From Verrucomicrobiales bacterium (GTDB lineage: Bacteria; Verrucomicrobiota; Verrucomicrobiia; Verrucomicrobiales; DEV007), in contig JAEUHH010000005.1 of assembly GCA_016795505.1 (NCBI GenBank), positions 91,979 to 155,978 on the forward strand: a stretch of DNA of 64,000 nucleotides, written 5' to 3'. Numbering within the stretch: the stretch's first letter is position 1; every line of letters starts with the position of its first letter. This document shows positions 18,300 through 27,500 of this stretch, in pieces. The position numbers and the translations under genes were made by a program. The notes beneath the pieces were generated by a model. That model saw nothing but the letters and a program-made list of their open reading frames with translations. It did no database searches and was not told the DNA's origin.

Positions 18300-18569
18300 A
18301 TGCCGACCGTCGAATTCACTGCCAATCTCGCCAGCCAGACTGCGGCGCCGAAGAGCCGGGTGGCCGGCGGCACGGTGCGGGAATGCCTCGACGCGGTCTT
18401 TGCCCTCCACCCGGCCCTGCGGGGCTATGTGCTCGACGATCAGGGCGCGCTCCGGCAACATGTCGTGGTCTTCCTCGATGGGGCTGCGGTGCGTGATCGC
18501 CGGGCCCAGTCCGATCCCGTCTCCGAGCAGTCAGAATTGATCGTCATGCAGGCACTCTCGGGCGGCTGA
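18300..18569 (+). CDS. MoaD/ThiS-family ubiquitin-like sulfur-carrier-like protein (C-terminal Gly-Gly)
   Basis: It is an 89-aa beta-grasp-like protein ending ...QSELIVMQALSGG. The start is trimmed to the ATG at 18300. Confidence 0.6.
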   Translation: MPTVEFTANLASQTAAPKSRVAGGTVRECLDAVFALHPALRGYVLDDQGALRQHVVVFLDGAAVRDRRAQSDPVSEQSELIVMQALSGG

Positions 18570-18597
18570 GACATTTCGGCGCAATTCCCTTACCACC

Positions 18598-19716
18598 ATG
18601 AAACCCACCCTCTATCTCGGCACCCGCAAGGGTCTCCTCTCCGTCGTTCGCGGCCCAGGCGGCTGGGAAATCGAACGAATGTCCTTTCTCGGCGTTCCTG
18701 TCCCCATGCTGCTGCCGGACGGGCGCGCTGGCACGCTCTACGCGGCGGTCGAGCACGGGCATTTCGGGTCGAAATTACACGCTTCGGTCGATGGCGGCGC
18801 GACGTGGGAGGAGCGGGCCTGCCCGGCTTTTCCTCCCAAGCCGGACGACTATCCGGACGTGTTGAATCCCATGAGTCAGATGCCGATTCCCTGGACGCTG
18901 AAGACCATCTGGTCTCTCGAAGCGGGTGCGGCGGATGGCGATCTCTGGTGCGGCACCATCCCTGGCGGATTGTTCCACTCGCGGGACCGCGGAGCCTCCT
19001 GGCGCCTGGTGGAGAGTCTTTGGGATCATCCCGGCCGGGGAAAATGGTTCGGCGGCGGCGCCGACTGGCCCGGCATTCACAGCATCCTCGTCGATCCGCG
19101 CGACCGGCGGCGGGTGCTGCTGGCGGTGAGTTGCGGCGGCGTGTGGGAATCGCGCGACGACGGCGCCACCTGGCACAACATCGGCGAGGGACTGCGGGCC
19201 GATTTCATGCCGCCCGACCAGGCGGGTGATCCGGGCATTCAGGACGCCCACCGCATCGCCTGGTCCCTCTCGGATCCCGACACGATCTGGATGCAGCACC
19301 ACAACGGCATTTTCGTCAGCCGCGATGGCGGCCGGCACTGGAGCGAGATCGAAAACGCCGCGCCTTCAGCCTTCGGCTTTGCCGTCGCGGTGCATCCCGG
19401 CGACCCGCAGACAGCGTGGTTCATCCCCGGCATCAAAGACGAATGCCGGGTCGCCTGCGATGGCGCGCTCTGCGTGACGCGGACCCGCGACGGCGGCGCC
19501 ACCTGGGAGGCGCTCCGCGAAGGTCTGCCCCAGCAGCACGCCTACCACTTGGTTTACCGTCACTGTCTCGATGTGACCGGCGACGGCCGGACTCTGGCCT
19601 TCGGCAGCACCACCGGCAGCGTTTGGATCAGCGAAGACGGCGGAGACTCCTGGCAACGCCTCAGCGCGGAACTGCCGCCGGTCTATTGCGTGCGATTCGG
19701 TCCGGAAAAGGCCTGA
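18598..19716 (+). CDS. BNR/Asp-box repeat beta-propeller protein (sialidase-like/glycosyl-hydrolase-like)
   Basis: Repeated S-x-D-x-G-x-T-W motifs are present (SVDGGATWEE, SRDRGASWRL, SRDDGATWHN, SRDGGRHWSE, TRDGGATWEA, SEDGGDSWQR). Confidence 0.65.
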   Translation: MKPTLYLGTRKGLLSVVRGPGGWEIERMSFLGVPVPMLLPDGRAGTLYAAVEHGHFGSKLHASVDGGATWEERACPAFPPKPDDYPDVLNPMSQMPIPWTLKTIWSLEAGAADGDLWCGTIPGGLFHSRDRGASWRLVESLWDHPGRGKWFGGGADWPGIHSILVDPRDRRRVLLAVSCGGVWESRDDGATWHNIGEGLRADFMPPDQAGDPGIQDAHRIAWSLSDPDTIWMQHHNGIFVSRDGGRHWSEIENAAPSAFGFAVAVHPGDPQTAWFIPGIKDECRVACDGALCVTRTRDGGATWEALREGLPQQHAYHLVYRHCLDVTGDGRTLAFGSTTGSVWISEDGGDSWQRLSAELPPVYCVRFGPEKA

Positions 19717-19729
19717 GCCAGACCGTGTC

Positions 19730-20605
19730 TCACTTGCCGTAGCCGGCGCTGGGCTTGCCGTCGGGCTCGATCTTGCCCGTCGCCCAGAGCAGACCGCGGG
19801 CGACGAGGTCTAGGTAGCGGTCGTCGGCCACCGTTTCGTTGTTGTGTCCGATCGTGGTGCTGAAGATGCGGGTCTTGCCGGGGCCGTATTCGTTGGTCCA
19901 CGCCACCACGGCTTCGACCGGCGCGGCCTTGGCGTTGGGATCGGCGGGCTCGCCTTTCTTCGGCCGGGGCTTGACCATCTGGAGTCCCTTGGCCAGCGGG
20001 CGGGCCGACGGATAGATCTCGATGTTGTTGTAGAGTTCCTCCTTGATGGTGGTCCAGTTCGCCAAACCTACCGTGATGGGATGCTGGCTGTCCACGTAGG
20101 TGATGTCGATCGGTTCCTGGGGGCCGTGACCGGTGGAGTGCAGGCCGAGCATCTCATACCAGCCGGCATTGTCGGCGCCGGGCTTGACCGGCTCGCGGAA
20201 ATTGCCCCAGCGGTAGCTGTGCATGCCACAATGGAGATTCACCGCCGGAACGCCGCCCCGGTGGGCGTCGAGGATGCGCTTCACATAGGCGGGGTCGGTC
20301 ACGTCGGCGGAGCATTCGTCGTGGATCACGACATCGTAGCCCTGGGCCCAGTCGGCCGATTGGTAACGGGCAAAAGTGGCCTTCGTGCTCTTGTCCTCGT
20401 TGAAATCAATATCCACCACCGCGTTGATTCGCGACTCGAGGCCGGCTTTCAGCAGCTTGGTCTGGGTGGCGTAGTCGTGGCAGCAGCCGCCGGCGACGAG
20501 CAGGACGCGCAGGGGCTTCGGAGCGGCCTTTTCGGCGGCGTTGACCAGCAGCCAGCCGCTCAGGGAGACGGCGGCGACGAGGAACAGGGGCAGAATGCGT
20601 TTCAT
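19730..20605 (-). CDS. ThuA-family (trehalose-utilisation, class-I glutamine-amidotransferase-like) secreted protein
   Basis: It has a signal peptide (MKRILPLFLVAAVSLSGWLLVNAA) followed by LRVLLVAGGCCHDY...DVVIHDECSA...HCGMHSYRW. The start is trimmed to the ATG at 20605. Confidence 0.75.
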   Translation of the reverse strand: MKRILPLFLVAAVSLSGWLLVNAAEKAAPKPLRVLLVAGGCCHDYATQTKLLKAGLESRINAVVDIDFNEDKSTKATFARYQSADWAQGYDVVIHDECSADVTDPAYVKRILDAHRGGVPAVNLHCGMHSYRWGNFREPVKPGADNAGWYEMLGLHSTGHGPQEPIDITYVDSQHPITVGLANWTTIKEELYNNIEIYPSARPLAKGLQMVKPRPKKGEPADPNAKAAPVEAVVAWTNEYGPGKTRIFSTTIGHNNETVADDRYLDLVARGLLWATGKIEPDGKPSAGYGK

Positions 20606-20796
20606 GGGGATGGGAATGACAGATGGGGGTCGATCGGAGGGTGGGAAAGCCCGATTAACGCACTTTTCGCCTCCGGCGTCGAGCCGGAAGCCAGCGCTCG
20701 ATCGCGTCCGGCCCGGTTGGCGCGCAATTTTTTTGGCCACGCGGAAAAAATAGCCTTGCCGTGTGCTAACGAACTGTCGCATCATTCCCTGACGAT

Positions 20797-21711
20797 ATGA
20801 AAAAGCAAACGCGATGCACCCCGGGCGGTAATCTGGCCGCGATCTTGATGATGATTGGGCTGGCTCTGCCAGTGATGGCCCAACAGGAGAGCCCTCCCGC
20901 GGATGGCGACGCCTCTGCCGCCTCCACCGAAGCCGAGATCGAAGCGGCTTTCGAAGCCATCGGCTGGCAGCGCGAAGGCGTGGGCGAACTCGACAAGTGG
21001 GCCGAACTCACCATTCCGGAGGGTTTTCGCTTCACCAAGAACGCCGGCGCCGTCCTCGAAATGACCGGCAACATCCCGAGCGGCGAGGAAAGCGGCGTCA
21101 TCGCCAAGGAGGACTTCAGCTGGTGGGTGCTGTTCCGATTCAACGACATCGGCTACGTGAAGGATGACGAAAAGGACAAGATCGATCCCGTGGGCTTGCT
21201 CAAGCAAAAGCAGGAAATGCAGGAACTAGGCAACGAGGAACGCCGCGACATGGGGCTCGATGAGTTGTTCGTCGAAGGCTGGGCGCGGGAGCCGTTTTAC
21301 AACGAACAATCCAACAATCTCGAGTGGGCGCTGACGCTGCGCGCCGGCGACGGCGGTCGCTCGGTCAACTACAACAGCAAGATCCTCGGGCGCAGCGGCT
21401 TCATGGACGCCGTGCTGGTGTGCGACCCCGAACAGCTCGATGCCGTGCTGCCGGAGTTTCAGAGCCTGATCCAGGGCTACCGCTTCAAGTCCGGCGAAAC
21501 CTATGCGGAATACACCAGCGGCGACCGGCTGGCGAAGGTCGGTCTCACCGCCCTGATCGTCGGCGGTGGAGCGGCAGCGGCGGCCAAGACGGGCCTTTTT
21601 GCCGGACTGTTCAAGTTCTTCGGCAAACTGGGCAAAGCCGCCATCCTTCTGGTGGCCGCGGTCGTGGCCGGGATCGTGAACGCCTTCAAACGGCTCTTCG
21701 GCCGCCATTGA
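20797..21711 (+). CDS. secreted/membrane-anchored hypothetical protein (DUF2167-like; C-terminal double TM)
   Basis: It has a signal peptide, an acidic N-terminal region, and a C-terminal hydrophobic hairpin (LTALIVGGGAAAAAKTGLFAGLFKFFGKLGKAAILLVAAVVAGIV). The family assignment is from memory only. Confidence 0.45.
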   Translation: MKKQTRCTPGGNLAAILMMIGLALPVMAQQESPPADGDASAASTEAEIEAAFEAIGWQREGVGELDKWAELTIPEGFRFTKNAGAVLEMTGNIPSGEESGVIAKEDFSWWVLFRFNDIGYVKDDEKDKIDPVGLLKQKQEMQELGNEERRDMGLDELFVEGWAREPFYNEQSNNLEWALTLRAGDGGRSVNYNSKILGRSGFMDAVLVCDPEQLDAVLPEFQSLIQGYRFKSGETYAEYTSGDRLAKVGLTALIVGGGAAAAAKTGLFAGLFKFFGKLGKAAILLVAAVVAGIVNAFKRLFGRH

Positions 21712-21748
21712 TGCCCCGCCGCGCCAGCCCGCCGAGGCCCGACTGGTC

Positions 21749-22909
21749 ATGACCGACGGCGAAGTCCTTCTGCTCGTCTTCGCGCTGATCTACCTGAGCG
21801 AATGCCTCGTCTGGCTCACGCCGACGAGCTATGCCCTGGTGGCCTGGTGGTCCCGCCGGCACACGGTGACGCGCGCGGCGATGCATTTCAGCGCCGTCGG
21901 CCGGGGCATCGCCCTCCTCCAGCCGCTGCCGCCCTTCGGATCTGTCTTCGTCGGTCAGGCCTGGCCGGTGTCGCCGCTACCCGATGGGCTCAGCCTTCTC
22001 TCCCGCGAGACGCCCAACCTCGGCCCCGCCCGCGAAGGCGCCCGTCGTCGCGACTCGGCCGCGTGGTTCACTTGGGAGACCATTCAGGGCTTTTGGGCCG
22101 ATGGCTCCAGCGTGCGCATCGAGACACCAGATCCGCCGCCTCCGGTGGCTTGTGCGACCGCCGCACACGCCGTGCAACTTGCCCGCGATCTGGAGGTCAT
22201 CCGCCGCGCCGATCCCGATGCCCGATCCCGAGTCATCGACCGGATCTTGCGGCGCTCGTTTCGGGCTCGCCGGGCCGGGCGGAAAGCCGCCTTTTTCCGC
22301 CGCGCCACCGCCCCGCTCCGGCTCAATCAATGCGTCCTCTTCGTGGCTGTGTTCGTCGGACTGCCGCTCTCCTATTGGCGCTTTCACGACGAACCCCGCT
22401 TCTTCATCGCCCTCGGCGGGACCTGGCTGATGATGGCACTGGTGGCGATCGATGGCTTTCTCCTGCATCGCCGGTTTTATCCGCGCCTCGCTTCGGACCG
22501 GTGGCAGCACCTCATTCTCTCGCTGATTTTTCCCCACTACACCCTGCGCACGCTCGATACCCTGTCGAAAGGCTTCCTCGCCGATTGCCATCCCACCGCC
22601 ATGGCGGCCGCTCTCGCCGATGAGCCCCTGGCCATGCGATTCCTTGCCGCCGTGGCGCGCGATGCGCATTGGCCCGTGCCGCTGGTTCATCCCGATGGGA
22701 CGGCAGTCTCGGCTGCGGACGCCTTCCGCCTGAGATCCTTCCAACCGGGCTTCCTTGCCGCCTTTGGTCCGCAGGATCGTTTTGCTGCCATCCGCCCGAG
22801 CGACGACAACTATCCCGCCCACTGCCCCCGCTGCGGCACGGCCTACCGCGCGGAGGGGCTTCCCTGCGATGATTGCGGCGGCATTCGCACTGTCGCAGCC
22901 CGCCTGTGA
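21749..22909 (+). CDS. hypothetical polytopic membrane protein with C-terminal zinc-ribbon-like CPRCG...CDDCGG motif
   Basis: It has a long ORF with good codon-periodicity-like composition, TM helices, and a terminal CxxC..CxxC. It lies 38 bp downstream of the previous gene. Confidence 0.45.
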   Translation: MTDGEVLLLVFALIYLSECLVWLTPTSYALVAWWSRRHTVTRAAMHFSAVGRGIALLQPLPPFGSVFVGQAWPVSPLPDGLSLLSRETPNLGPAREGARRRDSAAWFTWETIQGFWADGSSVRIETPDPPPPVACATAAHAVQLARDLEVIRRADPDARSRVIDRILRRSFRARRAGRKAAFFRRATAPLRLNQCVLFVAVFVGLPLSYWRFHDEPRFFIALGGTWLMMALVAIDGFLLHRRFYPRLASDRWQHLILSLIFPHYTLRTLDTLSKGFLADCHPTAMAAALADEPLAMRFLAAVARDAHWPVPLVHPDGTAVSAADAFRLRSFQPGFLAAFGPQDRFAAIRPSDDNYPAHCPRCGTAYRAEGLPCDDCGGIRTVAARL

Positions 22910-22956
22910 CGCCAAATCCGGGCCCTTTTTCGGCACTATCCGGGCGCCACCCGGCT

Positions 22957-23072
22957 CAAAAACAAAAATATATAAAAGTTATTAAAATTTGACTATCTAT
23001 GGTTTATCCTTACCTTTCGCCAAATCGGACCCTTGTGGACCGGCCAACAACCAATCGAACGAACCAACACCC
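22957..23072 (+). promoter_or_regulatory. AT-rich putative promoter/UP-element region upstream of outer-membrane protein gene
   Basis: The stretch caaaaacaaaaatatataaaagttattaaaatttgactatctatggtttatcc is about 60 bp of AT-rich sequence in a roughly 68% GC background. It contains a sigma70-like -35 hexamer TTGACT at 22989-22994. I could not fix the -10 hexamer. Confidence 0.35.
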
Positions 23073-23708
23073 ATGTACCAAGCAAAAAACCTGAACCGTG
23101 TCGCGGCCATTGCCGCCCTTGCCCTGATCGGGGCTGTCCCTGCCTTTGCCGGCTCTGGCGGCAAGGTGGTGTCCGTTCCGGCGGCTCCCAGTGAGTCCTG
23201 CCTCACCTACGATTTCTTCGATGTGCAATACATCTACACCGCCTTCGACCATCTCGACGACGGTCACGGCGCCGGTGCCAATCTCTCCAAGAGCCTCTTC
23301 GGCAATGTCTACCTGACCGCCTCCGGCTCCTGGACCTCCACCGGCACCGACTGGTCCGGAGACGCCGATCTCTACGGCGCGTCAGCCGGCCTCGGCTACT
23401 ACATCCCGCTGAGCGATCGCTTCCACCTCAATGTCGAGGCAGGCGGCCTCTACGGCGGTTCCGATGGCCTCGGTGACGACGACGAAAGCTGGGGCTTCTT
23501 CGCCGGCCCCGGATTCCGCTATTGCCTGAATCCCGGCCTCGAACTCTTCAGCAACGTCTACTACAACCGCTTCGAAGACGGCTTCGACCAGTGGAATGTG
23601 AACGTCGGCCTGATCGCCGACATTACCGACACCGTCGCCTTCAAGCTCGCCGGTCTGCTCAACGAAGACGACCAGTCCGTCCTCGTCGGCCTGCGTTTCT
23701 ACTATTGA
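23073..23708 (+). CDS. outer-membrane beta-barrel protein (OmpW/OmpA-like porin family), secreted
   Basis: It has a signal peptide (MYQAKNLNRVAAIAALALIGAVPAFA), alternating aromatic/Gly-rich amphipathic strands, and a C-terminal ...LVGLRFYY beta-signal-like end. The track ORF starts at 22989; the start is trimmed to 23073. Confidence 0.55.
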   Translation: MYQAKNLNRVAAIAALALIGAVPAFAGSGGKVVSVPAAPSESCLTYDFFDVQYIYTAFDHLDDGHGAGANLSKSLFGNVYLTASGSWTSTGTDWSGDADLYGASAGLGYYIPLSDRFHLNVEAGGLYGGSDGLGDDDESWGFFAGPGFRYCLNPGLELFSNVYYNRFEDGFDQWNVNVGLIADITDTVAFKLAGLLNEDDQSVLVGLRFYY

Positions 23709-23723
23709 TCCGCCCGGCGGAAA

Positions 23724-23753
23724 CCGGTCTTCGCGGACCGGTCCCCGTTTTTT
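23724..23753 (+). terminator. rho-independent terminator (hairpin ccggtct-tcgcg-gaccgg followed by T-tract)
   Basis: A GC-rich stem-loop at 23724-23741 is followed by tccccgtttttt. It lies immediately after the outer-membrane protein gene stop. Confidence 0.6.
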
Positions 23754-23760
23754 CCGAAAA

Positions 23761-23792
23761 GGCAGTCGCGCTCCGGCGGGACTGCCTTTTTC
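23761..23792 (+). terminator. second rho-independent terminator (hairpin ggcagtc-...-gactgcc followed by tttttcg)
   Basis: It is tandem to the first terminator. The stem ggcagtc/gactgcc has a 12-nt loop followed by a T-run. Confidence 0.5.
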
Positions 23793-23823
23793 GTATTCCT
23801 CCGCAGCCATTCGGATCGCCTGC

Positions 23824-24543
23824 ATGAGCAAATCCCCCGACCGACTCGTCATCCTCACCGGAGCCGGCATCTCCGCCGAGTCCGGACTGCCCACCTTTCG
23901 AGGGGCCGACGGTCTCTGGGAGGGCCACCGGGTGGAGGATGTCGCCAGCCCCGTGGCCTTCGCGCGGGATCCGGAGTTGGTGCATCGGTTCTACAACCTC
24001 CGCCGCGCCGCTCTCCGCACCGTGGAGCCGAATGCCGCCCATCTCGCCCTCGCCCGGCTCGAGGCCGCCTGGCGTGGTAGTTTTCTGCTCGTCACCCAGA
24101 ATGTCGACGACCTCCACGACCGCGCCGGCAGCCGCCGCCTCCTCCACATGCACGGCGAACTGATCCGGGCGCGCTGCAAGGCCTGCCGACACGGTTGGGA
24201 ATGGCGGGATGATCTGAGCCCCGACAGCATCTGCCCGTCCTGTGGCAAATCGGGGCGCGTCCGGCCCGACATCGTCTGGTTCGGCGAGGAACCGCTTCAC
24301 CTCGGCGAGATCTTCGATGCCCTGTCCCGCGCCAGCCTGTTCATCGCCATCGGCACCTCGGGCCATGTCTATCCCGCGGCCGGCTTCGTCGATGTGGCCA
24401 GGGGAGCCGGAGCCCGTGCCATCGAGATCAATCTCGCCGACACCGCCGCCTCCGCCGCCTTTGACGAACGCCGCACCGGTCCCGCCACGGACCTGGTGCC
24501 TGCGTTGGTGGAGGAATTGCTCGCCGCTCAATCCGTCGGCTGA
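23824..24543 (+). CDS. cobB: NAD-dependent protein deacylase (Sir2/CobB sirtuin)
   Basis: ILTGAGISAESGLPTFRG, TQNVDDLH and the zinc-ribbon pattern CxxC...CPSCG, plus FGE, are canonical sirtuin motifs. Confidence 0.9.
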   Translation: MSKSPDRLVILTGAGISAESGLPTFRGADGLWEGHRVEDVASPVAFARDPELVHRFYNLRRAALRTVEPNAAHLALARLEAAWRGSFLLVTQNVDDLHDRAGSRRLLHMHGELIRARCKACRHGWEWRDDLSPDSICPSCGKSGRVRPDIVWFGEEPLHLGEIFDALSRASLFIAIGTSGHVYPAAGFVDVARGAGARAIEINLADTAASAAFDERRTGPATDLVPALVEELLAAQSVG

Positions 24544-27500
24544 TCCACCCCGGATTCCACGTCCACCGGCAGCCCCTGCGGCTTGCCTTTTACCCGTTTC
24601 CTCTTTGGCGCGGTCGCCGCTTCCTCACCGGCCTCCTCCCCTTCGCGCACCGGCACCACCTTGATCTCTACATTCACCGGGACCGCGCGCAGGTCGGCGA
24701 TGATCCGCTCCAGTTTCTCCACCGTCACATCGGCCAGGGTTGCGGGCTTCTCACGATGCTGGGCCGCGCGCGTCAGCACCCCTTCGATCCGGCCCAGCCC
24801 TTCGGAAAAGCCCGCCAGCGTGCCGATCACCCGGCCCACCGGGTCATTCTCGCCGGCTTGCGCGCCCATCAGCAGGTTCCGGCTGAACTTGCGCTTGATC
24901 TCCTCCCACCGCTCTGACTCGGCTTCGGTCAGCACGCCCTCCAATTCGCGGAACTTCAGCAGATTCGCCTCCGCACCCTTGGTCAGCGTCTGTGCCTCGT
25001 TCTCGTAATGGGCAAAAATCGCCGCCTCCACCTCGGCATCCGTCATCAGGGGCACGATGCGTTCGGCGATGCGGTTCATGTTGCGATACGAACCCTGCAG
25101 ACGGAAGGCCGGCTCGGTCCGATAGGCATCCTCCATCGCCGCGGAGCGGATGTATTCCCGATTCACCCGCAGGATCGTGTCGCGCACCCGCATCAGCTTC
25201 TTCATCGCCGACACGTATTCCTCCATTTCTTCCAGGCTGTGACTGCCCTCCAGGTCGATCCCCTCGCGCGAGCCGGTCTGGGCGATGCGCATCACGGCCA
25301 TCAGGTCGGCCGGATGCCGCGCCACTAGTCGCGCCAGCACCGCGTTCGATGTGGCGGCATTCTCAATATAGCTCGCCTCAAAATCGCCCGAGTGATCGCC
25401 CGCGATGTCGCCGAGGTTGTAGGTGTCGGCCCGGTTGGCCAGCATGTCGGGTATCTGGAACTTGCCACCACTCTCGGTGTAGGGGTTGCCCGCCATCACC
25501 ACGCAGACCTTGCGACCGCGGAGGTCATAGGTGCGCGGGCGACCGTTCCACACGCCCTCGATCTTCCGCTGCGCATCGCAGAGCGAGATGAACTTCTGCA
25601 AAAATTCGGGATGCGTGTGCTGAATGTCATCGACATAGAGCATGATGTTGTCGCCCATCTCCAGCGCGAGGTTCAGCTTGTGGATCTCCTCGCGCGCCCC
25701 GGCATTCGGCGCGTCGGCGGGGTCGAGAGAGGTCACCTCGTGGCCCAGCGCCGGACCGTTGATTTTCATGAAAGCCAGGCCGAGCCGGTTCGCCACGTAT
25801 TCCATCAGCGTCGTCTTGCCATAACCGGGCGGCGAAATGAGCAGCAGCATCCCCATCCGGTCCGTGCGGGTGTCGGCCCCGGCCGTGCCCATTTGTTTCG
25901 CCAGATTGTCGCCGATCAGAGGCAGGTACACCCGATCCAGCAGCCGGTTGCGGACAAAAGCCGGCATCACCTTCGGCTTGAACTCCTCCAGCCGCATCGC
26001 CGCGCGGCGCGACTCGATCAGCGCGACCTTTCCCGCCTCATAAGCCTCGAAGCGCGGCACCGTGAGCGCGCAGAAGCCGCGCAGACGGCGGGTGAACTCG
26101 TGATAGTCGAAAGCCAGCCGTCCGCCGTCGATCCGCGGGTGATCCCCGGCCAAACCGGAAAGCTCGGCCGTGAGCGCGACGTCATTCACCGCCAGTTGGC
26201 CCGTCTCCCCACGAATCAGGTGCGCCGCGGCCTCCAGCAGGCAGGCGCGGTTTCCGATCAAAGAGGGTCTGATCTCCGATGCAACAGGGTCTGATTGGAA
26301 TTCGCCACCCAGGGCCCCGCCGATCCAGTCGCAGGCCACCTGGAAGCGGGCCACGGGGTCGGCGGCCAGCTCGGTCATCGCGGCGGCAAAGGTCTTGTCG
26401 AGCCGGCGCTCCGTGAGCGCATTCCGGAACTGTTCCATCAGCTCCGCTGCGCGTGGGGAAATCGTGAACGGCGTCGGGTCGATCGACTCGAAGAACAAAT
26501 ACTCGGCGGCGAGCGTGGCATCAACCTCCCCAAAGCCCGGGCACTCGCGCCGGAAAGCCTCCAGGCCGCGCGAGAGTTCCGCCACGTAGCTGCTTTGGAC
26601 TCCGGCCGCCTCGGGAAAGCCGCGGCGCATCTGCCCAAAGGCGGACAACTGGCGCGTCAGGCGAACCTTTTCCGGCGACGCCGGATCCCACGTGGCGTGC
26701 CACAGCAAAGCCAGCGCACGCTCGTCGGGTCCGTAGCGGAGCAGGCCGGCCTCGCGGTGGATGCGGCCCAGTACGCTGAGAATCGCCACCGCATCGCGGT
26801 CGTGAACGCCCTTGGTGTAGCCCTCGCGATACCGCGGCGCCATGAACTCGCGCACGGCTTCGAGTTTTCCTTCGTCATTCGCAGCGAGCCACGCGTCGAG
26901 CGTTTCGAGGTCGAGCAACAGTCGCCAGGCCAGATATTCCGCCCGATAGACGGTGCGATCCTCGGACACGACCTCCTGGCTCCACACCTCGCGGGTGGCG
27001 AGGAAGGCCTCGTCCGCGATCGGCTCGAAGAAATTGGTGCCGGCGAGATGCAGGCACAGCGTGTCGTCCTTCGGCACGATGGACAGCTCCAACTCCTGCC
27101 GGTTCACGGAGAAGCGGTGATTGCCGAGCTGGATCACGTCGCGTCCATCGACAAACAGTTCCTGCCGGTCCTTGAGTTGCCGCACGGCATCCTCCCGCAG
27201 CGTCTTGAGCCGGGTCTGGATCTCGTCGGCTTTCACCGGATCGCCCATCGCGGTGAGTTGGGCGATGGTGTCGCGCACCTTCTCGACCATCAGATCGCCG
27301 GCGAGGTAGCCGGCGATCCCGGCGGCGGAGTCAAAGCCGTCGAGTCGGTGTTTGATCGTCGTCAGGAGACGGTCGGCCGACTTCGCGAGCGAGGCCGTGC
27401 GGCGGTTGCGGGCCTCCACCAATTGGAGCTTGCGGGCTTCGAAGGCATTGTAAACCTCGTCGCGTTTCTCGACGAGCTGGGCCACGTACTCGTCGAACTC

